The translations under genes and the position numbers were made by a program. A stretch of DNA of 64,000 nucleotides, from positions 21,192 to 85,191 of the forward strand of contig DAIDIH010000410.1 of assembly GCA_027459465.1 (NCBI GenBank), in the 5' to 3' direction. The stretch's first letter is position 1; each line of letters opens with the position of its first letter. Source of the stretch: Bryobacterales bacterium (lineage in GTDB: Bacteria > Acidobacteriota > Terriglobia > Bryobacterales > Bryobacteraceae). The notes below the pieces were generated by a model. It was not told where the DNA came from. It worked only from the letters and a program-made list of their open reading frames with translations, and searched no databases. Shown here piece by piece: positions 47,156 through 56,770 of this stretch.

Positions 47156-48445
47156 TCAGCCCGCGCCGGGCACAATGTCCAGGATTACGGCGCGGGGCGC
47201 ACGCAACAGCCTCACACCGCGCGTGAAAGCGTCCTTGCTCTGCTGCCAGCAGGTGCGCAGCACGCTGGCCAGGATCTGGTGCGTGCGCGCTCCTGCCCAG
47301 GTTCGGCTCCCGCCCCACACCTTGCGCGCGATCACCATCCCGCGAATGGCGCGTTCTGCCGTATTGTTGGTGGCATCCAAACCGAAACAGTGCAGGAAGG
47401 TGAACAGCCAGAGCTGCTCATGTTCGAGGTGGCGCGCCAGCCGACGGTTCGCCGCGTTCCGGCGGCGTGTTTCCAGTATCCGGTCCAGTTTCGCCTCCAG
47501 CTTTCCGGTGACGGTCCGCCTGCCGTGTTCGGAGATCTCGCCCGCCGCATAGCGCTCACGCAACTCCAAGCTGGTCCGGAGCAGTTGCTCCACAGCCCGT
47601 GGGAAAGTCCATGCCGCCGGCGGGGCGATCTGTGCCATCTCGCGGCAGCGCCTGAGCAGATGGGCCAGACAACTTTGATGAAACGCAAACTGGAACCGAT
47701 AATAGGGCGCCCAGCCGTCATGAATCAGAAATCCATCATATTTGGCCCCCAAGATCTTCACCGACTGCTCGTATCCGCGGCCCGGCAGAATGGCGTAGAC
47801 GGTCACCTGCGCGCTCACCGCCACGTGCAACCACTGGAGCTGCCCGGCCACTCTCCAGCCGGTTTCGTCCATGCCGTTAACAGGAGCTTGCCGCGCGGTT
47901 TCCACCAGTCTGTCATAGGTCGGCGCCGCCCGGCCCGCCATCCGCGCCAGGGCCCGATATAGCCCTCCGCGACTGACCTCCAGCCCGAATCCATAGCACA
48001 GGACTTGTCGCGTGTGCCCCAGCGACAGCCCCATCTGCTTGTTCAGAATCGCCGCCAAGGTCACCGCTTCCGGCCCCAACTGCACGCTACCGACTCCCAC
48101 TGCATCCGAGGTCTGTAACTGATGGCGTCCCTGTACGCGGCGTCGGCAATCGCGGCAGCGACCCACGGCGATATCGAAACGACGTACGACGGTCCGCCGC
48201 ACAATCTCTTCCTGATACTGCGTTTCGCAGCTTTCCGACTCCACGCCGCCGCCGCAATGCGGGCAGTGATCCGGCAAGGGAACCGCGATGCGTTCATCCA
48301 CCCGCGCCGGGATGGGGCGGCATGCCTGTCGGCCGTAGCGGCCGCCCGATTTACGGCCCGGTCGCTTCGGGTTGGCTTTCGGCCTGCCCCGTGAATGAGG
48401 CGCGGCCTGACGCCTGGTAGCACGCAAAGCTGCTTCCAGCTCCAC
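47156..48445 (-). CDS. IS66-family transposase; its N-terminal coiled-coil lies in another frame at 48351..48593
   Basis: CPHCGG...CRDCRRRV zinc finger, MDETGWRV, LIHDGW. The upstream ORF ends ..LKQETERLRR, where this ORF begins ELEAALRATRRQ. Confidence 0.8.
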   Translation of the reverse strand: MELEAALRATRRQAAPHSRGRPKANPKRPGRKSGGRYGRQACRPIPARVDERIAVPLPDHCPHCGGGVESESCETQYQEEIVRRTVVRRFDIAVGRCRDCRRRVQGRHQLQTSDAVGVGSVQLGPEAVTLAAILNKQMGLSLGHTRQVLCYGFGLEVSRGGLYRALARMAGRAAPTYDRLVETARQAPVNGMDETGWRVAGQLQWLHVAVSAQVTVYAILPGRGYEQSVKILGAKYDGFLIHDGWAPYYRFQFAFHQSCLAHLLRRCREMAQIAPPAAWTFPRAVEQLLRTSLELRERYAAGEISEHGRRTVTGKLEAKLDRILETRRRNAANRRLARHLEHEQLWLFTFLHCFGLDATNNTAERAIRGMVIARKVWGGSRTWAGARTHQILASVLRTCWQQSKDAFTRGVRLLRAPRAVILDIVPGAG

Positions 48446-48685
48446 GGCGCAGGCGTTCCGTTTCCTGTTTCAAGCGCTCGATCTCTTTGCGCAGCTTGTC
48501 GTTTTCCTGCTGCGCTCGATCCAACTCTCGTTTGGGAACGAACTCGATGCTCTCGGGGTGCAGGTTTCTCGCCGGCCGTCCCGTTGGTTTCATCCAACCC
48601 TACGGTAGCCGAAACCGCCCCATTTGTCCAGCGAAATCTTGGGGAGGTCTTATTTCAGAAGTCTGACAGGCCGGTAAACAAATAC

Positions 48686-49957
48686 GTGCGGTGCACCGGC
48701 GACCACATATGGATGGCGGGTTGTGTTGGCGATGTACTGGCTTCGATGCCGAAGTTTGAGGAAGATCAACTCGGTGACATCCTGCGCGAGAACATGGCCA
48801 AACTCGGTAACAAGGTTGCGGACGGGAATCATCGTGCCTTCTCCGTCCTCACAGGTGTTCATTCGGACAATGCATCGGGATGGTTGGCCGGCCGGCACCG
48901 CCCTCGTCCGGCCGTGCTGTTTCAGCTCTGTCACCGATTGCAGATCTCAACTTCGGAGCTGCTTCGTCGAAATGGCAACTGGAGCGTGCCGGCTGAAATC
49001 GCCGCCACTGGATTCGCCACCAGCAGGCGCGGCGCCTGGCGCGATGACCCGGACCGAATAAAGGCAGCGCTCCTTGATGCTCTCAAAGAAGATCCGCCTC
49101 CGAGTCTTAAGGACATTGCCTTTCGTTATGACTACAGAACATGCATTCCGTTGAGGCGATTGGACCCACACACTTGCAAACAGATCGCTCTTCGATACCG
49201 AGCCTTTCACAGACGCTGGTACAACACCTGGGTCGTGCGCGACAGAGAATGCACACGGCAGGAGATCGAGTGCATTCTTAGAGAGTCCCTTGCTCGCGAG
49301 CGGCCGATCCCGATCACGCAGATCGCGGCGCAGCTAGGGCACGAGTCCCCGCAGCGATTACAAACACACTTTCCGGAGCTCTGTAAAGCAATCGCTCAAA
49401 AGGCGGCCGAGTGTCGAAGAGAATCCCGCGAACGGTTGCGGGCGGCCTTGGTCAGGGCCATAGCAGAAGACCCGCCACCGACAGCTAGATCTTTGTCAAA
49501 GCGAATGGGATGCAGCCAGAGTGCGCTGGACTACCATTTCCCGGATCTATGTAGGAAACTGCAGGCGACGAGAAGGGCGTCGAGAGCGTTCGAACGCGAG
49601 GCGATCAGACTGAAAATCGACACACTCGCAACCGAAATGAAAAATGCGAGCGTACGCGAGATCTGCCTGAAAGCCGGAGTCACATCGGAGTTCCTACTTA
49701 CCAACTTTCCGGCCTTATATAAACAGATCGCTTCCAAGTATATGGCGCGCGTAAATGAACTGAGACAGCAGCGTCGTGCGGCGCTTCACCTTGATGTTCA
49801 AAGGGCGGTCATTGGACTGTCTCGGGCAGGTGCGACACCGACGCTGAGTAAAGTTATCCCGCTTCTCAGCTCGGAAGCCGCGCGGGACTGGAATCGGATC
49901 CGTCAAGAGATCAGCGATGCGATCCGCCGACTTAATTCGCCCGTGTTGGAAGCATAA
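48686..49957 (+). pseudogene. TniQ/TnsD-like target selector, 3' part
   Basis: The frame continues VRCTGDHIWMAGCVGDVL... with repeated HTH-like modules. Removing the IS and one duplication copy rejoins ..QDFRQVR|CTGDH.. in frame. The stop lies inside the right-end site. Confidence 0.6.
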
Positions 49958-49992
49958 CCTTGCCGAACGGCAAAGTTATGGGTTAAGTCACA
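49948..49992. repeat. Right end of Tn7-like element B (inverted pair of sites ending ...GTCACA)
   Basis: ggaagcataaccttgccg aa cggcaaagttatg ggttaagtcaca. Confidence 0.75.
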
Positions 49993-50026
49993 ATAATAAT
50001 ACCGCTGAAGGAGGGAGCAGCGCAAA

Positions 50027-50593
50027 ATGAACGAGAAGGTGCAATTTCGAACGAACGTCCCCGTAGAGGTCGCCTTAAAGTACAACGACGGCAAGGAAGT
50101 GACTGGCCAGTATGGCGATCAGGTGCTGTACACGCTCACTGATGGGCGGGTGATGTACGTCCCGCCGATCGTCAAGGGGAAGATCGACGAAGCAGGGATC
50201 AGCAAGGGCGAATTGTTTACGATCACGAAGGCGGAGAAAAAGAACGGCACTCGCCGCACAATCGAATGGGTTATCGGAACAAACGAAGACGTGCCGTCGA
50301 AAAGTGCGACACAGACGAAGGCGTCGGGCAGCGGACCTGCACAACCGGTAAGCAACGGCTCCGGGGGTAGCACGACTCAAGGAAACAGCAACGGCCGAAG
50401 GACGATTCCACCCGGAGATCCGAAGGGCTTTCTCGCAACCGGACAGGGCCAGTTTCTTCTGCAGGCTTTCTCAGCAGCCGTTGATTTGGCCGCTTGTACG
50501 GAACGGTATGCATCGACCTGTGGAATGCAGTTCCAATTCACGGGCGAGGATTTGCGTGAGATCGGCCTGAGTATTTACAGGAGTGGGAAGTAG
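50027..50593 (+). CDS. Hypothetical protein, 34 nt downstream of the Tn7-like insertion point
   Basis: RBS GAAGGAGGGA. MNEKVQFRTNVPVEVALKYNDGKEV... with a Gly/Ser/Thr-rich linker. Confidence 0.5.
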   Translation: MNEKVQFRTNVPVEVALKYNDGKEVTGQYGDQVLYTLTDGRVMYVPPIVKGKIDEAGISKGELFTITKAEKKNGTRRTIEWVIGTNEDVPSKSATQTKASGSGPAQPVSNGSGGSTTQGNSNGRRTIPPGDPKGFLATGQGQFLLQAFSAAVDLAACTERYASTCGMQFQFTGEDLREIGLSIYRSGK

Positions 50594-50600
50594 GTGGACC

Positions 50601-51386
50601 ATGAGTAACGGGCCGGAAGCGCTACTGCTGGCGGCCGAGGTTCTCTCTCCGAGCCAGGTTGCGCAATTTCTGAACTGTCCTGCGAAGTGGATGTTTCGAT
50701 ACCTCATGGATCTCAAGGAGCCTGGTACGTCCGCGCAGGCGTTGGGCAAGGCGTTCCATGAAACCATCGCGCACAATTTTCGTCAAAAGCGGGATTCCTC
50801 ACGCGACCTGCCGTCAGCCGAATGCCTTGAATTCTTCCGGAAAGCTCTTGGCGAGCGCCTCCAAGAGGCGGTGCTCCAGAAAGGCGAACATCCCATGGAG
50901 TTCCTCGAACTCGGCGAGATGATGGTGGGGAAGTACTTGGCGGAGGCCGCCCCGCTGATTCAGCCCGCTGCGGTGGAGTCACGAGTCTCCGGGATCATCG
51001 GTGGGGTCAAGGTCGCGGGTTATGTCGATCTGATGGACATCGAAGGACGGATCATCGATTCAAAGACGGCGCTCAAACCGATCAGAGGAATCGCGCACGA
51101 TCATCGGCTGCAGCTGATCAGCTACGTCATGATCACACCGGCGGCGAGCGGAGCCTGCCGCTTGGATACGGTCACGAAAGGAAAGACTGTCAGCCTCATC
51201 CAGAAGAGTTTTGTCGTCGCGGAGCAAGACCGGCGCTATGCGGAGGCGATCTACCCCATGGTCGAGGATTCCATTCGAGACGGGATCTTTCTGCCCCGCC
51301 GAAGCAGTCCGCTTTGCTCGCGGCGATACTGCGGGTTCTGGAAGGCATGCGAGAAGGAATATGGCGGCATTGTTCGCCCAGATTAG
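50601..51386 (+). CDS. PD-(D/E)xK / Cas4-like exonuclease (phage/plasmid type)
   Basis: FLNCPAKWMFRY, GYVDLMD..IIDSKT, QLISY, C-terminal CSRRYCGFWKAC. Confidence 0.7.
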   Translation: MSNGPEALLLAAEVLSPSQVAQFLNCPAKWMFRYLMDLKEPGTSAQALGKAFHETIAHNFRQKRDSSRDLPSAECLEFFRKALGERLQEAVLQKGEHPMEFLELGEMMVGKYLAEAAPLIQPAAVESRVSGIIGGVKVAGYVDLMDIEGRIIDSKTALKPIRGIAHDHRLQLISYVMITPAASGACRLDTVTKGKTVSLIQKSFVVAEQDRRYAEAIYPMVEDSIRDGIFLPRRSSPLCSRRYCGFWKACEKEYGGIVRPD

Positions 51387-51525
51387 GCAGCGGCCGGATT
51401 TGTTACGAGGTCATGACTGCCATTTAGGGTAAGAATTTTACAAATTCGGAACGAATTTCCGGAACTAGCGCGAAACGTTTTGGCGCCCGGCGCGTTCACA
51501 GAATTACAAGGGACAGGGCGGAGCT

Positions 51526-54186
51526 ATGAAGATCCGGCGAACGCTCAAAGCGCTTGGAATCGCAACGGCGGGCGCCGCTCTCCTGCTCGCTGGCCTCGTC
51601 TTCTGGAACCCAGCCACTCCTGCCCGCCAACGGTACCCTAATTCAAACAATCCACGTGAGTTGTTGGACGAGGCAGAGCACCTGTTTTGGCTCAACAATC
51701 CCCTCGAGGCACGGCCGCTGTACGCGCGAGCCGCGCAGTTGTTCGCGGCGGAGGGTGACAGACGCAATGCTTTCTACGCAAGCGTCAGCCAAATTCCAGC
51801 CGAGATGGAAAGCACGAATCTCGCCGATCTCTCCCAGTATTTGGCGAAGGAACTCCGGCGTCCCGGAATCGACAAGGACCCTCGCCTGCGCCTACGCGTG
51901 CTTGTAGTGAAGGGGGAAGTTGATTTGGACCTCGATGGCCTGTCTTCGCGGCCGGTTTGGAAGGAAGTCGAATCGCTTGCCGGTTCGATGGGAGAGCGGC
52001 AGCTCGCTTCACGCGCGTCGGGGGAGCTAGGAATCCTCGCTTTCCTGGAGGGCAACAGCTCGGAGGCAAAGTGGCGAGTCGGAAAGGCGCTGGTGTACGC
52101 CAAACTGGTCAACGATGTTGGCGCGCAGATTCGGTACCTCTCGATGATCGGTCAGGGGTTCGCTGAAGTCGGGCGGTCTGAAGAGGCGTTGAAGTATCTC
52201 GATGCGGCTCTCGACAAGGCCGCCAGGAACCCGGACACAGGATTTCCGAGGCTAGCGACAATCGGCAAAGTTTCCGCTCTTACCACTGCCGGGCGCTATG
52301 GGGAAGCCCGCGCGCTTCTGAATCATGCACTGGCGTTCGCGAAAGCAAAGAGCCTGATTGGTTACCAAGTCGATGCGTTGGCGCAGTACGGTGTGATCGC
52401 GGCCAAAAGCGGCGACACGCGGCGCGCGATTCAGTTCTATGAACAAGCCGCGGAGATGGCCTCCCGGATTCACTTCCTGCGAGCCACCGCGCAGGTTGAA
52501 TCAGAGTTGGCCGTGTTGTACGAGAAACTGGGAGACCTCAAGCGGGCCAGGGAAAGCGCCGCGGAGAGTGCTAGCGCTCACCGAGCTCTTGGAGAAACAT
52601 ACGCCGTGCCTCATCACCTTGCGGTTCAGGCTAACCTTCTGGCAGAGATGGGCCAGTTGCGCGATGCGGAACACCTGTTTTCCAAGGCTGCCGATGTCAC
52701 CGAAGCAATGCTGTTGAACGCTCCGAGCGTGACCGCTCGGCGAACAGTGATCGCCGCGATGAGTGAGGTCTATGTTGGTTATTTTTCCCTCGCGGCGGAC
52801 CGCTTGAAGAATCTCGAGAAGGCCTTCCAGATTATCGAGGAGGCCCGGGGAAGGGTAGCCGCCGACGAGTTCAGGACTCATCTTCAGGAACCCGCTTCAG
52901 CCGGGGATGCGCCGAGTCCCGTGGAATTACGTATCGCGTCACTAAACAGTCGTTTGCTCGATTCCGGCGATCCAGCCGAACGCGCGAAAATCATGGATGC
53001 CATTTTTCAGGCGGAGCAAGAACTCGCGCCCGATCGCAGGCCGACCGGACGGGTAAGCCCGGTCCCGCTCCGAGCGCTCCAGCACGACCTCGAGCCGGGC
53101 GAAGTCGTGTTGGAGTATGTACTCCGCGAACCGCAATCGTATTGCCTCGTAATCACCCGGCAAGATGTGAGCCTCTCCAAACTGGCGGGAAGCCAGGAGA
53201 TCAGAAAACTCGTAACGAATTATCGGAATTCGATTGGTAATAGAGATGAACGGCATCTGCTTTCAAGGGGGTTGTCGTCGGCACTGTTGAAACCGATCGC
53301 CCAGTATGACGGTAGCCGGGACGTTGTAATCGTGCCGGACGGCGTTCTGAATCTTATCCCGTTCGAAGCTCTTTGGTCCGAACGCGAAGGCTTCGGCCTG
53401 ACCCGCCATTCGTTCACAGTCGTACCTTCGGGCACGGTTCTCCACCTGCTGCGTACAGAGCCGGCAAAGCCAACACGGCTGGCTTTTCTGGGTGTGTCCG
53501 CGTCGGAATCGGGAGTCCCGAAGAAGAAGCCCGTACTACGTTCCGGGCTAAGGATCTTTCGAGAACTCTTTGAGATCAGGCGCTCTGACCTTACGGCGCT
53601 TCCCTCCACGGAAACAGAGGTTAAGTCGATCGCGAAGCTCGTGGGCACGGGTAGTACGTTGCTGCTGCGCGCACAGGCAACGGAGGCGGCATTCAAGAGC
53701 GAGCCGCTCGAGGAAATGAGGGTGATCCACCTTGCACTTCACGGGTTGGCCGATACCACATTCCCGGATCGCTCCGCTCTGGTCTTTTCGGCTGGCGGCC
53801 GTCCGCAAGAAGATGGACTGCTGCAGGCAAGAGAAATCCGGAAGCTCCCAATGAATGCGGAACTGGTCACGCTCTCTGCTTGCGATGCAGGAATAGGCCG
53901 CATCGAAGGCGAGGAAGGAGTGTCGAGCCTGGTCGAAGCATTTCTCAACGCCGGCGCCCGAAGCGTCGTTGCCAGCCTGTGGCCCGCGGAGGATACTTAT
54001 ACGAAAGGGCTGATGGAAGCCTTTTACCGGCATCTTGCCCTGGGCGAGACGAAGAAGGAAGCATTGCGCCACGCCAAGATGGATATGCTTCGGGAGTTCG
54101 GCGACGCGGTGCCTCCTTTGTATTGGGCCGGTTTCGTTCTGGTCGGAGACGGGAACGGAAAGGTTGCATTTGGAGGTGGACCGTGA
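51526..54186 (+). CDS. Membrane-anchored TPR + CHAT (caspase-like) domain protein
   Basis: N-terminal TM, TPR-like repeats, C-terminal VIHLALHG...LVTLSACDAG..VASLWP. Confidence 0.75.
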   Translation: MKIRRTLKALGIATAGAALLLAGLVFWNPATPARQRYPNSNNPRELLDEAEHLFWLNNPLEARPLYARAAQLFAAEGDRRNAFYASVSQIPAEMESTNLADLSQYLAKELRRPGIDKDPRLRLRVLVVKGEVDLDLDGLSSRPVWKEVESLAGSMGERQLASRASGELGILAFLEGNSSEAKWRVGKALVYAKLVNDVGAQIRYLSMIGQGFAEVGRSEEALKYLDAALDKAARNPDTGFPRLATIGKVSALTTAGRYGEARALLNHALAFAKAKSLIGYQVDALAQYGVIAAKSGDTRRAIQFYEQAAEMASRIHFLRATAQVESELAVLYEKLGDLKRARESAAESASAHRALGETYAVPHHLAVQANLLAEMGQLRDAEHLFSKAADVTEAMLLNAPSVTARRTVIAAMSEVYVGYFSLAADRLKNLEKAFQIIEEARGRVAADEFRTHLQEPASAGDAPSPVELRIASLNSRLLDSGDPAERAKIMDAIFQAEQELAPDRRPTGRVSPVPLRALQHDLEPGEVVLEYVLREPQSYCLVITRQDVSLSKLAGSQEIRKLVTNYRNSIGNRDERHLLSRGLSSALLKPIAQYDGSRDVVIVPDGVLNLIPFEALWSEREGFGLTRHSFTVVPSGTVLHLLRTEPAKPTRLAFLGVSASESGVPKKKPVLRSGLRIFRELFEIRRSDLTALPSTETEVKSIAKLVGTGSTLLLRAQATEAAFKSEPLEEMRVIHLALHGLADTTFPDRSALVFSAGGRPQEDGLLQAREIRKLPMNAELVTLSACDAGIGRIEGEEGVSSLVEAFLNAGARSVVASLWPAEDTYTKGLMEAFYRHLALGETKKEALRHAKMDMLREFGDAVPPLYWAGFVLVGDGNGKVAFGGGP

Positions 54187-55418
54187 CGGTCAGTCGAGAA
54201 CAGCGAGGAGAAATTCTTGGCAAGGTCGATCGGCTGGTGCGTACCAGATTTTTCGACCCCAGTTTCAATGGGCGCAATTGGCCGGCCTTGGTCGACCAGC
54301 ACCGGGAGCCGATCTTAAACGCCGTTTCGCCGGAAGAATTCGAGCTAAGAATGACGGCCCTGCTAAAAGAGCTGGGTACAAGCCACACTGGATTCTTCCG
54401 TCGTGAATCGAGAGTAGCCAGCCGCAATTCAATCAATGCGACGTTCAGGAAGCGGGAGATCGCGGAGGGGACCAGATGGGTCTTTCAGGACGTTCAACCC
54501 GGCGGCCCGGCTGATGCTGCCGGTATCAAGCCCGGCGACATCCTCCTGAGTATCGATGAGCAGGAGGTCGCTCCGCCGATTCAGCCTGAGTTTCGAATGG
54601 GGACCACCGCGGGAGTGGCGGTCGTTCAGCGCAATGGCGCAAGGCGTCTGGTCAACGTCGAGCTGAGAGTTCCTCTTGCCAAATATCGCGAGTGTCCGTA
54701 TGCGGAGCCGCGCGACGTAAGCGCACGAAAACTGAGCGCTAGTCTTGGAGTATTAAAAGTGACACTCTTCCCTGGGATTATTGGCATAGATTTCGCCCGA
54801 GATGTTGATCGCGCAGTGGCGGACATTCGGGACTGCGATCGCCTGATTGTGGATCTGCGAGGCAACCCCGGCGGGGGAATTGGCGGGCTGCGATTGATGG
54901 GATACCTGACCCCAGCCCGGTTGCCGGTGGGATATAGCCTGACGCGGCAAAGTGCGGAACGAGGATACAGAAAGGAAGACCTCCCGCAATTTCGCGGAGT
55001 TCCGTCACAGAAGTGGATGCTGCCATTCCTGCTGCTTCGTTTCGCAGGCAGAGATCACTCCATCGTGGTTGTAACAGAAGGGCTCGGACGCCAGAAGTTT
55101 CATGGCCGCATCGTGGTTTTGGTGAATGAGCATACTTCTGGCGCCGGTGAAATGGTTGCCGGATTTGCGAAAGAGAACAGCTTGGCGAAGATCGTCGGCA
55201 CGAGGACTGCCGGCCGCTTGCTCGGTGGGGAAGGATTCAAAGTTGGAGCTGGGTATATTACGTTTCTGCCGGTGGGCTGCTACCTCTCGTGGGGCGGCCA
55301 CCGTTTTGAAGGGAACGGCGTAACGCCCGACCTGGAGGTCGACTGGTCGCCGGAAAGCATCGCGGACGGGACGGACAACCAGTTGAATAGGGCGGTCGAA
55401 GTAGTCAACAGCCTATAA
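54183..55418 (+). CDS. S41-family (C-terminal processing) peptidase with a PDZ domain, start uncertain
   Basis: GPADAAGIKPGDILLSID (PDZ), LIVDLRGNPGGG, VLVNEHTSGAGE. The GTG overlaps the CHAT stop (GTGA). Confidence 0.7.
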   Translation: MTVSREQRGEILGKVDRLVRTRFFDPSFNGRNWPALVDQHREPILNAVSPEEFELRMTALLKELGTSHTGFFRRESRVASRNSINATFRKREIAEGTRWVFQDVQPGGPADAAGIKPGDILLSIDEQEVAPPIQPEFRMGTTAGVAVVQRNGARRLVNVELRVPLAKYRECPYAEPRDVSARKLSASLGVLKVTLFPGIIGIDFARDVDRAVADIRDCDRLIVDLRGNPGGGIGGLRLMGYLTPARLPVGYSLTRQSAERGYRKEDLPQFRGVPSQKWMLPFLLLRFAGRDHSIVVVTEGLGRQKFHGRIVVLVNEHTSGAGEMVAGFAKENSLAKIVGTRTAGRLLGGEGFKVGAGYITFLPVGCYLSWGGHRFEGNGVTPDLEVDWSPESIADGTDNQLNRAVEVVNSL

Positions 55419-55420
55419 TC

Positions 55421-56059
55421 CTACGGGAGCACGAGCGGCGAGTAGCTCCATTCGGAATCATCTTTGCGAACGCCGAGGGCATATTTGCCAGAGCGCAGCT
55501 TGGCGGAGTTCAGATCAATCGCCAGCACTGTGGAACCGTCCCGGCCCAGCACGGCTTGTCCGGACGTGGACAGAAGGGGATCCGTTTGCCCATCACGACA
55601 GACCTGAACCTGGTACGCTCCAGGTTCACTTCCGAGAGGCAACGTGAGAGACAGGTGCACGATGCCGCGAGGCAATACGAACGGAGAAGGATGAATTGCC
55701 GCTTGATGTAGTCCCCGGAATACCGGCCGCTCCTGAAGGTTGAATGCTGTGGCGAATTGCGGCGTCGGAGTGCGATAAAGCGCACGGTAGCCAATGAAGA
55801 CTATGCTGGCAAGGATCAGCGCTGCGGCCGTCGCGATGCTGGTCAGCCGAATCACACGGCGTCGGCGGATCTGATTACGAATGCCTAAATACGTTGAAAA
55901 GCAAGGCGAACAATGGAAGATGTGCTCTTGGTCTGGCGCACTGATCGGGACGGTTCTGCGGGCCATCCCTTCCAAAATTTCCGGAGCCGGGCAACCGATG
56001 CGCTGGGGGTTGGGATAGGCCCTGATAATAGCCTGGCGGAACCATTCGAGCTCATCCAT
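55421..56059 (-). CDS. Anti-sigma-factor-like protein (zf-HC2 + single TM)
   Basis: HIFHCSPC fits Hx3Cx2C. TM segment LTSIATAAALILASIVFIGY. Confidence 0.5.
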   Translation of the reverse strand: MDELEWFRQAIIRAYPNPQRIGCPAPEILEGMARRTVPISAPDQEHIFHCSPCFSTYLGIRNQIRRRRVIRLTSIATAAALILASIVFIGYRALYRTPTPQFATAFNLQERPVFRGLHQAAIHPSPFVLPRGIVHLSLTLPLGSEPGAYQVQVCRDGQTDPLLSTSGQAVLGRDGSTVLAIDLNSAKLRSGKYALGVRKDDSEWSYSPLVLP

Positions 56060-56072
56060 CCGTTAGGATATA

Positions 56073-56624
56073 TTACGACGAATCCCGGCGATTCAGGGCC
56101 TCGATGATGGACTGAGCTTTAATTCGAACCTGTTTCATGCGCTTCGACGTAGTGCTTGGGTTCGCACGCAGCATCATCGCGAGGTCCCGGGCCGAGGTTT
56201 TTTCGAGGAGCGCCCGAAAATAGGGGATGTCCTCGGACATGAGATTATTCTCCACGATCGACAGGAGTTGCTGAAGATAAACCGTCTCGGAGGGATCCGA
56301 ACGCGGATCGGCGATCATTGCCGCATCGATCTCCGCCGGGCGGCGGCGCAGCGTTTGTTCGGCGACGGGCAATTCGGCAACTGCGGCCAGCCATTGGCTC
56401 TCGGACAGGGTTTGGACGTGGATCTTAAGGAGTTCGAGATTCACACGCCTTCGCCCACCCAGATGAAGGCGAAGCCAGCGGGCAACCTCCTTAAAGTGGC
56501 TGCCGGCGGGCAAGAACCCATCAGGAACAGACTTTCTTTCGCTTGACGCGAACCCCTGAGCGCTCTTGATCGGCACGTGGAACCCCGATCGGGAACGCCC
56601 TATTTTACTCCAAAAAAACCTCAA
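56073..56624 (-). CDS. Putative sigma-70 region-4-like / HTH protein paired with the anti-sigma gene
   Basis: Only the C-terminal SARDLAMMLRANPSTTSKRMKQVRIKAQ resembles region 4.2. Region 2 was not recognised. Confidence 0.3.
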   Translation of the reverse strand: MRFFWSKIGRSRSGFHVPIKSAQGFASSERKSVPDGFLPAGSHFKEVARWLRLHLGGRRRVNLELLKIHVQTLSESQWLAAVAELPVAEQTLRRRPAEIDAAMIADPRSDPSETVYLQQLLSIVENNLMSEDIPYFRALLEKTSARDLAMMLRANPSTTSKRMKQVRIKAQSIIEALNRRDSS

Positions 56625-56770
56625 TCCAAACCGGCGAATTTGGCGTTCTGAAAACCTTATATAAGTAGGGGCTCTTTTTCCTGGAGAGACGCCCCAAAAG
56701 GGTAGCGCGAAAGCGCTGGCGATCGGATTAGGTATTCAAACGAGCTGACGCTAATCAGGGGCCCGCCGTA

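Larger units (their letters stand above)
46242..48685 (-). mobile_element. IS66-family element (2444 bp) with an 8-bp GTGCGGTG target duplication, carrying a DUF4338 passenger
   Basis: Perfect 14-bp termini GTATTTGTTTACCG (46242-55; reverse complement 48672-85). gtgcggtg at 46234-41 and 48686-93. Confidence 0.85.
38691..49992 (+). mobile_element. Tn7-like transposon B (11.3 kb) with a 5-bp ATAAT target duplication; transposition module defective
   Basis: Termini TGTGACTTAACCCATAAACTTGCCG (38691-) and reverse complement TGTGACTTAACCCATAACTTTGCCG (-49992), 23/25 identical. ataat at 38686-90 and 49993-97. Confidence 0.8.

Noticed and set aside
46331-47962. Long antisense ORFs: 46331..47962, 41449..42513, 36755..37690, 29930..30805, 43278..44015, 14705..15373, 1709..2398, 32220..32975
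   Set aside because: They lie opposite well-supported genes and are Arg/Pro/Gly/Ala-rich, the typical shadow ORFs of high-GC DNA.
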